From: Klebsormidium nitens
Lineage: Eukaryota; Plantae; Klebsormidiophyceae
Direction of reading: 5' to 3'
DNA length: 64,000 nt
Assembly: GCA_000708835.1 (NCBI GenBank)
Contig: DF237125.1
Coordinates: forward strand, 96,564-160,563
Of this stretch, positions 47,961 to 60,500 are shown one piece after another (position 1 is the first letter of the stretch; each line of letters begins with the position of its first letter). A program made the translations under genes and the position numbers. The notes below the pieces were generated by a model. That model did no database searches. It was not told where the DNA came from and saw only the letters and a program-made list of their open reading frames with translations.

Positions 47961-50900
47961 CTAACGTCGTGGTCGCTCCCCTTCTCCGTTCAGAGTAGCA
48001 TCTTGAAGGATTGTCTGCAGCAGCCCCTGTGCCGTCTGGGTTTGCTCTATAGTCCCGCAGATCTCGAGCATGCGCACGCTAGGGTCTCTCGACCGGGCTT
48101 CGTGCAACTTCACCCTTGCTCCCGAAATCTGCAGGGTAAGCAACGTGTCAGTGTGCACCTTTGTTCGCGCTACCAAGGTACTCCACGGTGGCTGTCGAGT
48201 TTACCCTTTGTGGACGAGGGTTCGGTAGTAACGAAGCTGCACGAACCATCCCGCTGCCATTGAATCGAGCCGACACAGTTTAGGAATAGTAAGCTGTAGA
48301 NNNNNNNNNNNNNNNNNNNNNNNNNNNNNNNNNNNNNNNNNNNNNNNATCATTGAATCAACCCGACCCTCACCCAGCTTAAAGATGCTTACAATATTGGC
48401 TGTCAACTTTGAAGGGCTCTAGAGGAGGGGCAAACCTGGCGTATCTGCGTGATGTTGGCCCCGCCCTTCCCGATGATGGACCCCACGGATGCCGTTGGTA
48501 CCGAAATGTGGAGCGAGCTCGTGGGACCGCCGAGGAAACCCGGCACTCCCGCCGCCCATCTGCGAAATGCGCCAACACCCCGGCTTAGCTGGGGAGCAAG
48601 GCTTTGCTGCTGCGGCGGAGCTGAAAAGAGCAGCTTCTGCATTAGACGCGCAATACGCGAATTTTCTGCATTTTGGCGCTTGCTGCCACACAAGATGGTG
48701 GCCTCACCGGTCCCCTCTGCTGCCGTGGTGAGGCGGCTCGGCATGCCCGATGTTACGCCGCTCCTCGTGCCGTGCCTGCATGGGGCACAGACAGTGCTCT
48801 GTCAAGACGGAATCCAAGTGAAAGTGGGGCGCGCTTTGATTCCAGACACACCGCAAGCGTTATGCAGTACAGGGAGCACGTTCTAAGGCCCGTGCCGAGC
48901 ATCACGCCCGTACGTGGCTCTGTCTCCAAGACGCCCCTGAGCGTTCCTATATTCACCCGGGCCAAGTGGTCCTCGTCCCTGCGGCCCCTGCCCCCGTCTC
49001 TGTCGCGGGGTTCCTCGCGCCGCCGCTCGTGCACCCCGCTGCGGTCCCAGTCCCGCTCTCTCCCCCGCTCCCTCTCGCGGTCTCTGTCCCTGTCTCTGTC
49101 CCGGTCGCGATCCCTGTCTTGGCCCCTCTCCCGCTCGTGGCTGCGCCGCAGGCTCTCATACTCGGCTGCGCGGGCGCCCTCCGCCTGCTCGGCTTGCACG
49201 TACCGCTCGGAAGCCCCCCTCCCACCATCACGCTCTCGCTCGCGGTCACGCCCGGCGCCTCTGAAGGGAACAATCAAGACAGGGTATCCGTTAGAAACAC
49301 TGAAAGCACCACCATTGCGCGCATAACCCACGCATCGCGTATTGCGACAAGGGTCGTAAGGGTTGCAGCAGCGCGGCCAGCGGTTCAATCGAGCTGGATC
49401 TGCCCACCTGTCCAGTGCGTGGCGCTCTCCTCGTGGCGGGGCCGCCCTGTCCCGGGGCAAGTCCCGCAGCGGGTTGGCCCGGATGCGCCCCGTCATCAGC
49501 AGCAGCGCAGCGTGGACCGAGTCAGGGGAGCCGGCCACCTGGCAGCAAAGACATGCGATGGTAAGAGGCGGAAAGGGGTGTGCAAAAGCTTTCCAATGCG
49601 ATAAAGCTTTCCGGTTTCCAAGCTTCCAATCATGTTCGAAGCACGCAAGAAATGATGACAGGCAGTCCGTTCACAAAAACCTTGGGCGCTGCTCTGGCGC
49701 TGACTAGCTGAGCAGGGCGTTTGAAAGCAGTACAGGGACCAAGCAGTGGAAATGTGGACACAATGTAATCAGGCGTTCTGAATCTCATTGATGCGGCAGC
49801 GCCCAGCCTCCTGAACCAGGTCAGAGGAGGGCAGTGCGTACCTGCACAAGCTCGTCGGTGACGAGGGCGCACTTGGGGATGCTGTCGCGGGGCATGATCC
49901 GGATCTGGGCGGTGCTCTGGCGGCGCAGGTCCTGGATGATGGTGCCGCCCTTGCCCAGCAAACACCCCACCTGCACGGCCACATCCCACCAGCTCAGCCA
50001 GGCCGCTACCAACAGCCTCGATAAGGTGAGGCGAGCAGAACAATGCCGACACCGATTGCCTGTAGCTCACCGAATGCTGTTGCAAGACTTGTGCAGAGAC
50101 TCTGGACCACAGAAAGTGGTCCCCTTTCTAATGATTCAGCGTGACAGAACAGAACCTTGCTGACAATTGACAGGTTGAAAGTGGTGAGCACGTGTACTGC
50201 ATTGATCCCGTCATGCATCTATTTTGATGCCCTAAAACACGTGGCGCTGCTGCGGTGCGTCCTTTGTACCTGGCTGGAAGGCACCAAGAGGCGGGTGGGT
50301 GCCCCCGGCTCTGCAGCGGAGTGCAGCGCAGCCACCTGGAACAGGGCCTCCTGCGCGCCGCACAAAGAGGCGCCCTCCTCCTGCACACCAGCACAGCTCG
50401 ACCGTCAGGGAAACAAGGTCAACTGGGCAAACTCTAAGAGGTCGTGGCAGAGACGAAGCGATTTGAGGCACTGAAAACAGTGACACGCAGCACAATCGGA
50501 CATACTGACCTCCTCATGAGAAAAAATCTCATGAGAAGCCTTTGCCGGAGTGCACGTCTATTGATACCAGTGCGGACTTCTCCTTTTCCCTCGCTCCCAT
50601 AACAATCAGATGCCAAACCCCTCATTGTCCTTTGCTTTCATCAAGAGTCAGCCTCTCCGACCCCACAATGACCACTAAGGGCCGAGCCGGCACTCTTGCG
50701 CGCCTCGCCCTATCTCACCTCGGGCCCTTGAATTTCCACCACCTGCTCCTCGCAGCCGTCCACTGGGGGCTCCACCGTGATGCGCGTCCTCGTGTCCACA
50801 CGCAGCTGCTTGATGGTGGTCCCTCCCTTCCCAATCAGCGCCCCGATGCGCGCAGCTGAGAACAGGATCCGGAACAGCACGTCGCCCCCAGCTGGCACGC

Positions 50901-52741
50901 CTAGCGCGGCCAGCGAGAGCAGGGGCAGCGACATGGGGAGCGCGGCCATGCTGTTCTCCAGGCGGGGAAGCGAGAGGGCGGGCGGGGCAGATGTCAGCAG
51001 GGGAGGTCGGCTGGGGGCCGGCGGGGGTGGGGGCGGGAGCAGTAGGGAGGGGCCGGGGCGGCGCGGCGGGGGGCGCTGGGGGAGGTCGCGGGGGGGGAAC
51101 GCACGCAGCCGTTCCGAGATGGCGCGCACAGCCTTGCGCGCGGCAGAGAGTTCCCCTGACACCTGGGAGTCGTCCAGATCAGGGGAGAAGGCTTCAGCGA
51201 CAGGGGCGAGGGGCTAGCATTAACCCGATGGTGGGTCTGGGCCTTGCTCGGGTTCCCCTGGTTTGAGTGGGGTGGGGCATATTGTCAGTCAAGTCCGTTA
51301 GCCCCAACAGACCGTAGGCAAACAAGGTGGTTCATTCACAAAATGGGCCAAGGAATGTTGTCGACGAGGACGGAACAGTTCGATGTCGGAACCGCAGGGG
51401 AACGCCCTGTCACTGGGATCCTGCAGTGGTTTAAGGGGACTGCCATTGGGATCCTGCAGTAGTTTAAGGGGAACGCTCTGCCATCGGGATTCTGCAGTGG
51501 TTTTCTGAAAGGGTTTTGCGCGGGTTGGACAGTGTCCACGGGCGTATTTCGAGCGCCACCGTTTTCTTGGTTTCTGTGGCGCCCACCTGCACCATCTCGT
51601 CACTGGGCAGTGCGCAGCGTGGGACCTGGTCACCCGCCATGATCCGGATGCCGGCGCCAGACTCGTCGCGCAGCTGGTTCACAATGCTGCCACCCTTCCC
51701 GAGGAGGCACCCAATCTGGCTGCTCGGCACCAGCATGCGGAACAGCGTGGCAGTCAGGTCTAGCTCGTCGCGCGGCTCACCCTCCACAATGCGGCTGCAG
51801 CAACAAAAAGCGGATGTGAGCTGGCGTGGGAAAGGGGCCAAGGAAGCCTGAAGCAGGCCAAGGCACACTGATGCTCAATGGAAGCTTTCTTCCAATGGCC
51901 TCAACCACAAGGAAGGAGCTTTCCGAGGAAGGTTGGACCTGAGGAAGGGCAGATTGATTTCCTCTTGTAACACGTCAGGCACACATTTGTAGCAGGTTAC
52001 AGGCATGAAAAAACTTGCATCAACATGGTAATGTACAAAAAAGCGCAATGCAACAAAGAAAGTTCTCCTCCTTAAACAACAAAAGTGAAGTCAAGCGGAC
52101 ACTATGCAAAGATGAGACCAGATTAGGAAATTGGCAGTCACTCCTGAACAGATTGAAACAGAGCAAGCCTAGGAGCCAATTTCTGTCGTCGCACAATTCT
52201 TGCTCCGAGCCTTGTACATCTCCACAAAATTGAGGCCCCTCTGCCATGCTGCTCATGCCTCGTTCGTCGGCCTGCTGATGAAGCAGGCCAAGGCACCACC
52301 CTACTGAGGGAATCACTTCTTAAGTGCGGCTCACCTGTGGATCCTGAGCAGGGCGTCCTGCGCTGGCGACGTCTCCTCCCCCGCTGCCGCTGGTGACGAC
52401 ACGATAATCACGCGGTGCTCAGGGTCCCCCCGGCTCTCTGCGACCACAATCTTGGCTCCCGACTCCTTGCGTATCTGCTCAATCACGTTGCCCCCCTTCC
52501 CAATCACGCCCCCCACCCTGCTACTGGGGCACAGTACCCGGAACACTGTGTCTTGACCATTTTCGGCACCGCTGGTGGCCTGCCGCTTGGCTGGCTCCTC
52601 GTCGGTTGTGTCCATCGCAGCACGCTTGCGACCTTCTGGCGGGTTGTGGTCAGAGGGCTCCGGGTCGTGGGAGAAGGAGAGGGAAGGGGACAGCAGCGGA
52701 GAGCCGGCAGAGTCGTTGAGGTCCTCGGACATTGCAGACAT
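47961..52741 (-). CDS. Five-KH-domain RNA-binding protein (HEN4/RCF3/PEPPER-like family) with an Arg-Asp/Arg-Glu-rich linker
   Basis: Exons 52741-52335, 51794-51587, 51162-50719, 50380-50270, 49970-49842, 49538-49408, 49260-48957, 48775-48708, 48559-48436 and 48128-47961; phases consistent, the two small internal exons less certain. Five GxxG loops: RVGGVIGKGG, QIGCLLGKGG, RIGALIGKGG, QVGCLLGKGG, SVGSIIGKGG. Confidence 0.9.
48301..48347. other. Assembly gap (47 N) in the last KH intron
   Basis: Run of N characters. Confidence 0.99.
48960..49260 (-). repeat. Coding RD/RE dipeptide repeat (DRDRDRDRDRDRERERGRERD)
   Basis: Translation of KH exon 49260-48957, between KH4 and KH5. Confidence 0.88.
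51397..51505. repeat. Three-copy 33-38 bp minisatellite in KH intron 2
   Basis: Units GGGGAACGCCCTGTCACTGGGATCCTGCAGTGGTTTAA / GGGGACTGCCATTGGGATCCTGCAGTAGTTTAA / GGGGAACGCTCTGCCATCGGGATTCTGCAGTGGTTTTC. Confidence 0.9.
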
Positions 52742-53807
52742 GGCGCGCACGCAAGCAGCACGCACAAAGGGGTGGTCCAGCGGAGGAGGGCGCCCTTGTG
52801 GGCCTGACTAGACCTGGCATACACAAGATGCGCACAATTGAGCTGACAGTCGTCCCCTGCACAAGGCAATTAGAAGACAACCAGTGCGGGCGCAGAATCC
52901 ACCAACTAGCAGAAGTGAGTGCAAACCATGTCAATGACCAATCACGGTCAAAGGATCATATTTCAGACTTTGAGCCGTTCTTGATCCACAATTACCTGAT
53001 TAAGCTGATTGGCGAGTTGCACAAGCTCCTCAACAAGTCGAGCAAGACACCAGCATCACCAAAAAAATCAGAACAAGTCAATTGTCAGCGCTTGGTATTT
53101 GGCAGCTCCCAGAGGACAAGAGTTGCCAAACATAAGTTGGTGGCAAAGGGTTGCGGTTGGCATCTTTGCTAGTCTAACTCGAACTTGCATGACGGCTGTC
53201 ACACCTAAGCACTCCCTTGAGCAGCACGATACAAAAACCCTATGCTGAGAACAGAATTTGAAAATAAAATGTACTGCAAACTCCGCATTTTTTATCGACC
53301 ATCTTCATTGAAGATGTCAGCTTTGCCAATTTGTACATAGCAATCGTCGTTTTGGGGGCTGACAAGCACTGTATTAGTGATTCCAAATCCCATCCCCTAA
53401 AATGAAATGTCATTTGCAAATGCACCATCACAGGGCCCCAAATCAGGTTTTGACCGCTAAAGAGCACGTGGCACCTCTGAAAGAGCCACGCATTCGTCGG
53501 AAAACTTTGAAAATGCTGGACAAGTATTAGCACCTGGAACATACCCTGCCAATGCATAAGGCGGCAAATTTCTCGAGCTTCTCTGCCATTGCAGGAAACG
53601 CAATTGTACAGTGGTAAGACAGGATGCAGCACAGATGGTGTCCCCAAACTCACCAGAGAATGTGTTGCCTGGGCTCTCACGAGTCAAAGATGCACGCCAT
53701 GATCGCGCTCAGGCGCTCTGGCGCCAGCACTGGCAGCAGACAACTTCGTTCTTCAGCCTCAGGCTCAAAACAGTACAGGCCGGAAATCCAGCGGTGATAT
53801 CGGCCGC

Positions 53808-53819
53808 AAAACCCTAAAA
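53808..53819 (+). promoter_or_regulatory. Telo-box (AAACCCTA) / interstitial telomere-like motif in the KH-malectin divergent region
   Basis: AAAACCCTAAAA followed by the degenerate units TCCTGAAA and TCCAAACCCTG. A second AAACCCTA lies near 53235. Confidence 0.5.
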
Positions 53820-54502
53820 TCCTGAAATCCAAACCCTGCTGATGTCAACAGTTTCTTACCGTAGAGGACAAGATTCGCGTTGATCCTAGTTTTACCTAAT
53901 TTCAACACTTGAGCTTCAAGTTGGAGTCACGTAGAGGATATTCAAAATTTTGCCGCGAACGGGACTCACCGGGCAATTCATCCCCATCCGGGCAGTCGTC
54001 TAAAAGAATTCCGCGGACCTGAGCTGGTCGGAACACTGCCCTGTGGAGACGGCGGGCCAACGTGCACAGAAGGCTGTATATACCATACTACCGGTAGGTC
54101 GCACTGCACCGTGACCCAACCAACCGGGAAAGACGCCGACAAATTCGGTAGGGTTTTTAGCTGAACTTCCTGGGGCGCGGCTACCCTGATTCAGACTCGG
54201 AATTGTTTGAGGTCCCTTCCGACTTCGACGTTTCCCTCGTGCAGCGACTCGGACTCGCGCAACGTGCAGCACAGCTAGTGCCAGCGCAGTCACGCAGTGC
54301 ACTACCGTAGCTAGCGCACGTTCGTCGCCGTGGGGCTTCGTAATGACCCTCGGTGCTTGGCTGCCAGCTCCAAAAGAGACACGTTGCGAAGCATAGAAAG
54401 GAGACGCAATATTGTACATCGATTTTGTTCATAGAGCCAGAGTACCTTATGCGTTCCCATCGCAGGATGGCACAGCCAGGCGGTGGACGTGCTCAAGGAA
54501 CG

Positions 54503-57500
54503 ATGGTGGTGCAAAGTATCATGTCGCTCGCCTGCCTTTGTTTGTGCACTAGTTTGAGCAATGCGACGTATGTGGCCATTAACTCCGGGGGCCCAGCGTA
54601 TCAGCAGAACACTAGCGCTACGTTTGGAGTTGCCCCACCTCCCCTGGCCAATAGCACCCTGCCTGGCAGCCTGGTGTTCCAGGCGGACCACTTCTTCACG
54701 GGGGTGAACACACAGGTGAACAACTACAGTGCGCAGGCGGTGGCCAATACCTCAGACCCTACGGTGTTTTGGTCTGACAGGGAGGGCACCGTGGTGTTGT
54801 ACGCTGTGAACGTGCCTGCCGGCATCTACAGCGTGTCCCTCTACTTTGCGGAGCTGGACCCAGCATTCCAGGGGAGCGGCCTGCGCACCTTTGATGTTCT
54901 GCTGCAGGGACAGCTGGTAAGGCCTGCTCTGAGTATGCCACCTCATTAAGTTTCATTTTCTTGTTGGCACTTCAAAGGCTGCCACTTTGGGTCTCCTTGC
55001 TGATCTAGATTTGCAACATGGTGTTGTTAGTCAGCGGCTCACCTTCTGTGGTATGATGGGTCCAAGTGGCGCTTCTGCGCTTGAACCAGTGGCTGAGCTA
55101 CCCTTTGGGCAATATTACCTCTCAGCTCGTGTGCTGCTTCGTCAGCTTCAATGACTGTGTTTGGAGACTTTTAAACATGTCAGCTCAATCCATCAGATGC
55201 TTGCCATTCTGCTTTTACCCAACTGCCCCAGTCCCTTCACTTGCAAAGTCCTGTAGGCAGCTGGGACCACTTTGGTTACCCTGCTTACCAGCAAAAGGAA
55301 GAGGTAAACACCACGTTCGCTGGAGAGTTCAGGGGGGCGCTTTTGTTTGAGCCTGCAGCTGAGGTTGTGCTAACATCGATGGGATAAAGCGTGCTTGATG
55401 TTTCAGGAAGTGAGCATGAAGAGGAGTCCTGCTTCTGAGTATGTTTACAGGTTAAGTTGGGGTGTCCTTGACATGTCGCCTGCAGGCAAGAACCACAAGG
55501 TCATCCTAGTCAATTTTTCTGCGGACGGTTCTGTCATGACCCCCTTCCTGCAGTAGTTTCAAAGAGCAGTTGAAACATATGGACAGCTGTTACTCTATTA
55601 TCTTCAACCCGAGGAGCATGAACAGGGGTTGTGTGAAGTGCCCCTCTATTTCTGGGGAGTCCCCTTGGGATGCTAATGAAAGGGACAGTTGATTAGTGAA
55701 TTCTAGTTGCCAGTGTGTCGTGATTTACGTTCGCTTCTTATCATGGTCAAGTCAGATATTGCTTGATGACGAGTTGAATGTAAGTAGTCAAGTTTAGTCC
55801 CACTTCAGGCCAGGCCTAGTGTGGGCTTTGTCAATTAGCTGACTTGTTCAAGGCAATCTATGCTCCCCATGTTGCGATATGTCTCGAGAATCTACCAGGT
55901 TGTGACCCCAAAGTGGCAGCTTTTGCCCAGCTTTACTTCGTTGCAGCACTGCAGCCGCCAGGTTGTGTACTTGGTACAAACTCTCACCACTTGGCAAAAA
56001 GTGGACTTGGTTGATCAACTCGTTGTTTCATATTGGGAAGCAGTAATCTGTGATCAGCTCCGCATCTCCTTATTGTGCCCAATCCCCTCAAATTTCCAAT
56101 TCCAGGCACTTCCCTGCTTTGACATCTTCAACGTCAGCGGTGGGCCCCGCGCGGCGTATGTGGCCACGCTGGCGGCCATAGTGGACACGACGCAGCTGCT
56201 CACTGTGGAGCTGCGGGCCATTACGGGCCTGGCAAAGCTGAATGCTCTGCTGGTCAACAACGGGAGTGCCGCGGCCAACCTGCGGGGAGTGGACGCCCTG
56301 CCTGCGCATCCCAGGTCCTTCGCCATCAATGCGGGCGGGGGTGCGGTTGGCAATGAGACGGGGCCCGGGCTGTTTTTGGCAGACGCGTACTATGTGGGGG
56401 GCCAAGCGGTGAACGTGAGCGGGGTGGAAGGAGCGGGGGCTGTGGCCACAGTCTTTGGAACTGCTAGAGCAGGTACGCCTGTGTTTACTCTCACGCGTAC
56501 GCCTCGTGTTCCTGTCGTTCTCCGAGTGACTCCACTGAAAGCGTTTAAGGTGACAATATCCGGATTCGCCAGGTGAATCACTTGTTCATACAAGATGCGC
56601 ACAGGTCTCGCAGCCTCAAACAAAAGCAAGCAGATGAGGAGAAAGTGCCCCGTTTTTGAATTTACCCGAGGAAGCATGTCATGGGAAGCTCATGCGATTG
56701 ATGAGCAGAAGCGGCACTACTGCGAAATAAGTCTCGTCGAATGGACGTTCCGCCTGGTCATTGAAGCAGTTTGAACTGACCTTTAGGTCACCTTCTAATC
56801 CTGTCAGTGTTGCGAATTCGCGATTTCGTGGTACTCTCGTCCAAGATTAGAGTCTGGGAAGTTTCCTGCACGAATCCAACCTTTTTCAAGAGACAGAACA
56901 ATTCTGTCTCGTAGGCTAGCCCCAGCTATTATCGGTTCGACGCTGTACCTCATGTCTTTCAGATCCATTGATACCAGCTTATATCGAAGCTCTGGAGTGA
57001 AAATGACCAATTGGCTCACTTATTTCATGCCTTTGTTGAAGAAAGAAAGGTCCATACGTCGGTTCTTTGTGGGAAAAAGCTCTTCAGCTGCTCGACATAT
57101 TCCGACACCAATATCGATTGTAGGTACCTTGTTGTGGCGCGTCAGCAATCTGGGTCTGTCGAAAGCGTGCTGAAGCGTTTGAGGTGACAAACGGAGCTCA
57201 CCTTTGGGATATTTGATCGCCATGTTTGTTGGATGGTCCTTTTCAAAAGTTGGAGCTTTCTTCTGGACTCGGGTACATCAAGAAAGGCTTTTCGAATCAG
57301 AGAACATTTGCAACAGCGGTGCCGTTTTCAGACTCTCGAATCTTGTTATGCTTGAGCCTTCTACATCAACGATGACAGCTTACGCCGCTTCGTGGTGTCT
57401 ACAGGCCCCTTCTTCCAATACTTCCTCAACCTGCCCGCTGGCGACTATGCTGTGAGCCTGTACTTTGCGGACACCAACTCGACCGCAGCCGGCCAGCGCC

Positions 57501-60500
57501 TCACGGACGTCTTCTTCGACAGCGTCAAAGTCGTCACTGCTCTCGACGTCTACAACACCAGCGGCAGCAACGCGCTCGTCCTGACAAAGGCTGCCACTGT
57601 CGTGTCGGGGCTGCTTACCGTGTCTTTTGTGGGCCTCAACAACACGGCTGCCGCCGTGGCCGCCATCAAGGTCGCACCAATCAACGTCAACGCAACAATA
57701 CCCGCCCTCGCCATTGACATCGGGTCACCTGTCGCCACGCTGTCCGAGACGGGCGTCCTGTATCAGCCCGACAACAGCTCGTACTACAGCCCCGGGGCCG
57801 GCGGCAACGTGACGACTGCTGCTCCCGGTGTCAACATCACGCTGGGCGGGCTGCCGGTCAACGGCTCCTTTTACTCGCCGGCGCTATTCCGGACCGCGCG
57901 CGTGGGCGCCCTCAACCTCACCATCCCGCTGCCCAACGGAGACTATCTGGTCGACCTCGAGTTTGCTGACGTCACTGGCACGTCAGCGGTGCCGCGGGTG
58001 TTCAGCGTGGTCGTCAACGGCCAGGTGGCGTTGCCCAGCCTGGCCCTGGGCGGGACCGCAACGTCTAACAGCACTGCGGCGGCAGTCGTGGAGGATTCGT
58101 TCACAGGCAACGGAACAAGTGCAGGAACGGTGGTCAAGGTCCAGGTGCGGCGCTCTTTTGTTGTGTCTGACGGTTCAACTGCAAGTTTCGATTCTGGCAG
58201 AGGTTCTACCTTCCTCTGTTCCTCGATTTGCGTGTTGTGTTGCTTGGTGACCCTCGGCATCTCTTTGTCACATGCCCGGCTCAGGACTTCTTTCCACTGT
58301 GTTGTGTGCCTCTCATTTGAACCACACGCAAGTCAAAGAAAGGCCACTTCTGACAACGGTACTTAATCTGGTGTCCTTGAACGTCCATTGTAGTTAAAGC
58401 AGTCATCAGATCGGTACCGTTCGTAGGAGATACAGGATGCGAATGCAAGTTGGAATGCAGCTGTTTAGGTTGCAATGTGTCTTTGCATAGACAGCACTTG
58501 TCTCGTCAACAGACTCATCTCGGTGGCCCCATGCAGGTCCCCGCCAACGTCACGCTCGGCAACCTGAGCCTGGCGCTGCTCCCCGTCAGCGGCGGCCCGC
58601 CCCTGCTCAGCGCGCTCTACGTGCACCCCGACATCCCCAACCGCGCCTACGTCACCCCGCTGCCGCTCCTGCCCGCCGCCGCGCCCAGCCCCGCCAACCT
58701 TACCCCCACCCCAACCCCCACTCCGACACCGACGCCCACTCCGACACCGACGCCCACTCCCACTCCCACTCCCACACCCACCCCCACGCCGACGCCCACA
58801 AGTAGGCCCCTTCACTCTCTTCTCTCGACATTCCGTACAGTCCGTCTGAAGTCATTTTCAAGCTGCCTGGCCCTAGACAAGAAGGAGCGCGCGGCAATCA
58901 GCGAGCTGACGCTGACTTTCTGTGGCCGATACGGGAACGAGCCGTAGGACCGAGGAGCCGTTGGACTTGATCATTGTCGTCCTGATGGCATGCTCGTATT
59001 TGAAAGTCTACTGCATCAGCGCACATGGTCCTGCTTACTGAGCTAAGTTCGCACTCCAGAGAGCAACAGCGTGGTGTGTCGGGGCTCTGGTCGGCCTTTC
59101 CAACCGGCGCCCTCGAGGCGTCTCTGCAGAGGTACTGACGGGCCTCTTGCTCAGTGTCAAGGGCTCGTGCACCGTTCCAGGGCGGCAGCCTTACGATCGG
59201 CGTTCTCTGAACCCTTCGGCAAGTCCGTCGTTCTTGTTCTGTCCACCGTCCTCCGAGTTGCGACCAGCTTCATCAGCTCGCTGACGCAAATTGCCACTTG
59301 CAAGGCAGCCCTCTCGCAAATCTTCCCGAGTGTAGATCAGCTTTGACACCTCCTCTGGCCAATTATCCAACCGGCTTTCGTGTGTGAGGGGACGGGGTGT
59401 GTCAGTCCGCTGAGTCGCGAGTGGCCTGCAGGTCCCCCCCAAACAGCGCCTGCCCCCGCGCCCGCCACCCCGACCCCGACTCCGACCAGCACTCCCCCAG
59501 CACCAGCTCCGTCACCCGCTCGTGAGGCCGAGAGTCCATCAAATTCTCAAAACACTGATCTTTTTCCTTGATCCAGGAGCAGTTCGGCTCGTTCGGGCAC
59601 ACCGCACATGAAGACGAGACATTTGACATGTTGATTGCTCAGGCAAAAGTCTGTCTGTGCATCCTTGACGTATTGAGCTTGCGCATGGGCGAGATAAGGA
59701 AGCCAGACCGTCACGAACCACTATGTGGAGGCATGCCAGTCTCCAAACTTGGTGTTTTAGGCGAACTCCGGCAGATATGTCTCTCATGCACTCACACCGC
59801 ACAGCGTCACCGCACAATTCTGAGCTGTGCGCCACATGGCACCCGTCAACTCGTTGGCCGATCACCCCTCGCATGTTCGCACGTACTTTTCACCAATTCA
59901 GGAGGTGGCAGACACACTACACAACCCTGCAGCCACACAGCATCATTCACTCACTCTGTGCTGTACTCGTTGTACCCTGTTCGTGCCCACTAGGAGCCGT
60001 ACACCACACGCCATACACCCACCACAGGCTTGGGCGCCCACATATGCTCCTGGAAGCACTGTTGGCTCATGTGGAGTTCCTGGAACATAATCTTGGTTCC
60101 GCCTTTCTCCAGCTTCGTCCGCGCCTGCTCCCTCGCCCGCCCCCGCTTCGACCTCCCCTCCGCCGGCAGCCGCCAGTGGCCCCACCACCAATGCTGCCGG
60201 GGTCTGTGCCAGCAACGGGGGCCTCCAAGGAATCGACTGCTCCGGTGAGGCCCAATCGAACTTCTTCCTTTTTGCCATGGCAAAAATTTCTAATTGGTAT
60301 CAGTCCCCCTCTTGGATAAGTACGATCTTCAGTCTGAACCTTTTGAGGCAGTGTTGCGGCGGTGCAGCAGTGGGCATTCTCGCCAAGCAAGGAATAGGAA
60401 GATAGGGCCTCGTTAGAAGAATCTTCGAGGGTTTCGCGTGGATTGCAACGTTCGCAGATGACTCAGCCCTGACCCTATCAAAGGAGGAAGTATATGGCGA

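Noticed and set aside
51397-51505. Spaced repeats as a possible CRISPR-like array (also the 36947-37448 ladder)
   Set aside because: Units are contiguous or degenerate without unique constant-length spacers, they lie in eukaryotic introns, and there are no cas genes.
8369-52741. Symplekin and the HEN4-like KH gene as an mRNA 3'-processing cluster
   Set aside because: Two RNA-processing genes among nine is unremarkable, and they are neither adjacent nor share a promoter.
53948-53957. E2F-like site TTTGCCGCG
   Set aside because: A single short match with no supporting context.
56804-57223. Two in-frame minus-strand ORFs (67 and 71 aa) separated by one TAA in malectin intron 2
   Set aside because: No recognisable transposase, reverse transcriptase or other motif, and no terminal repeats seen; the lengths are within chance expectation.
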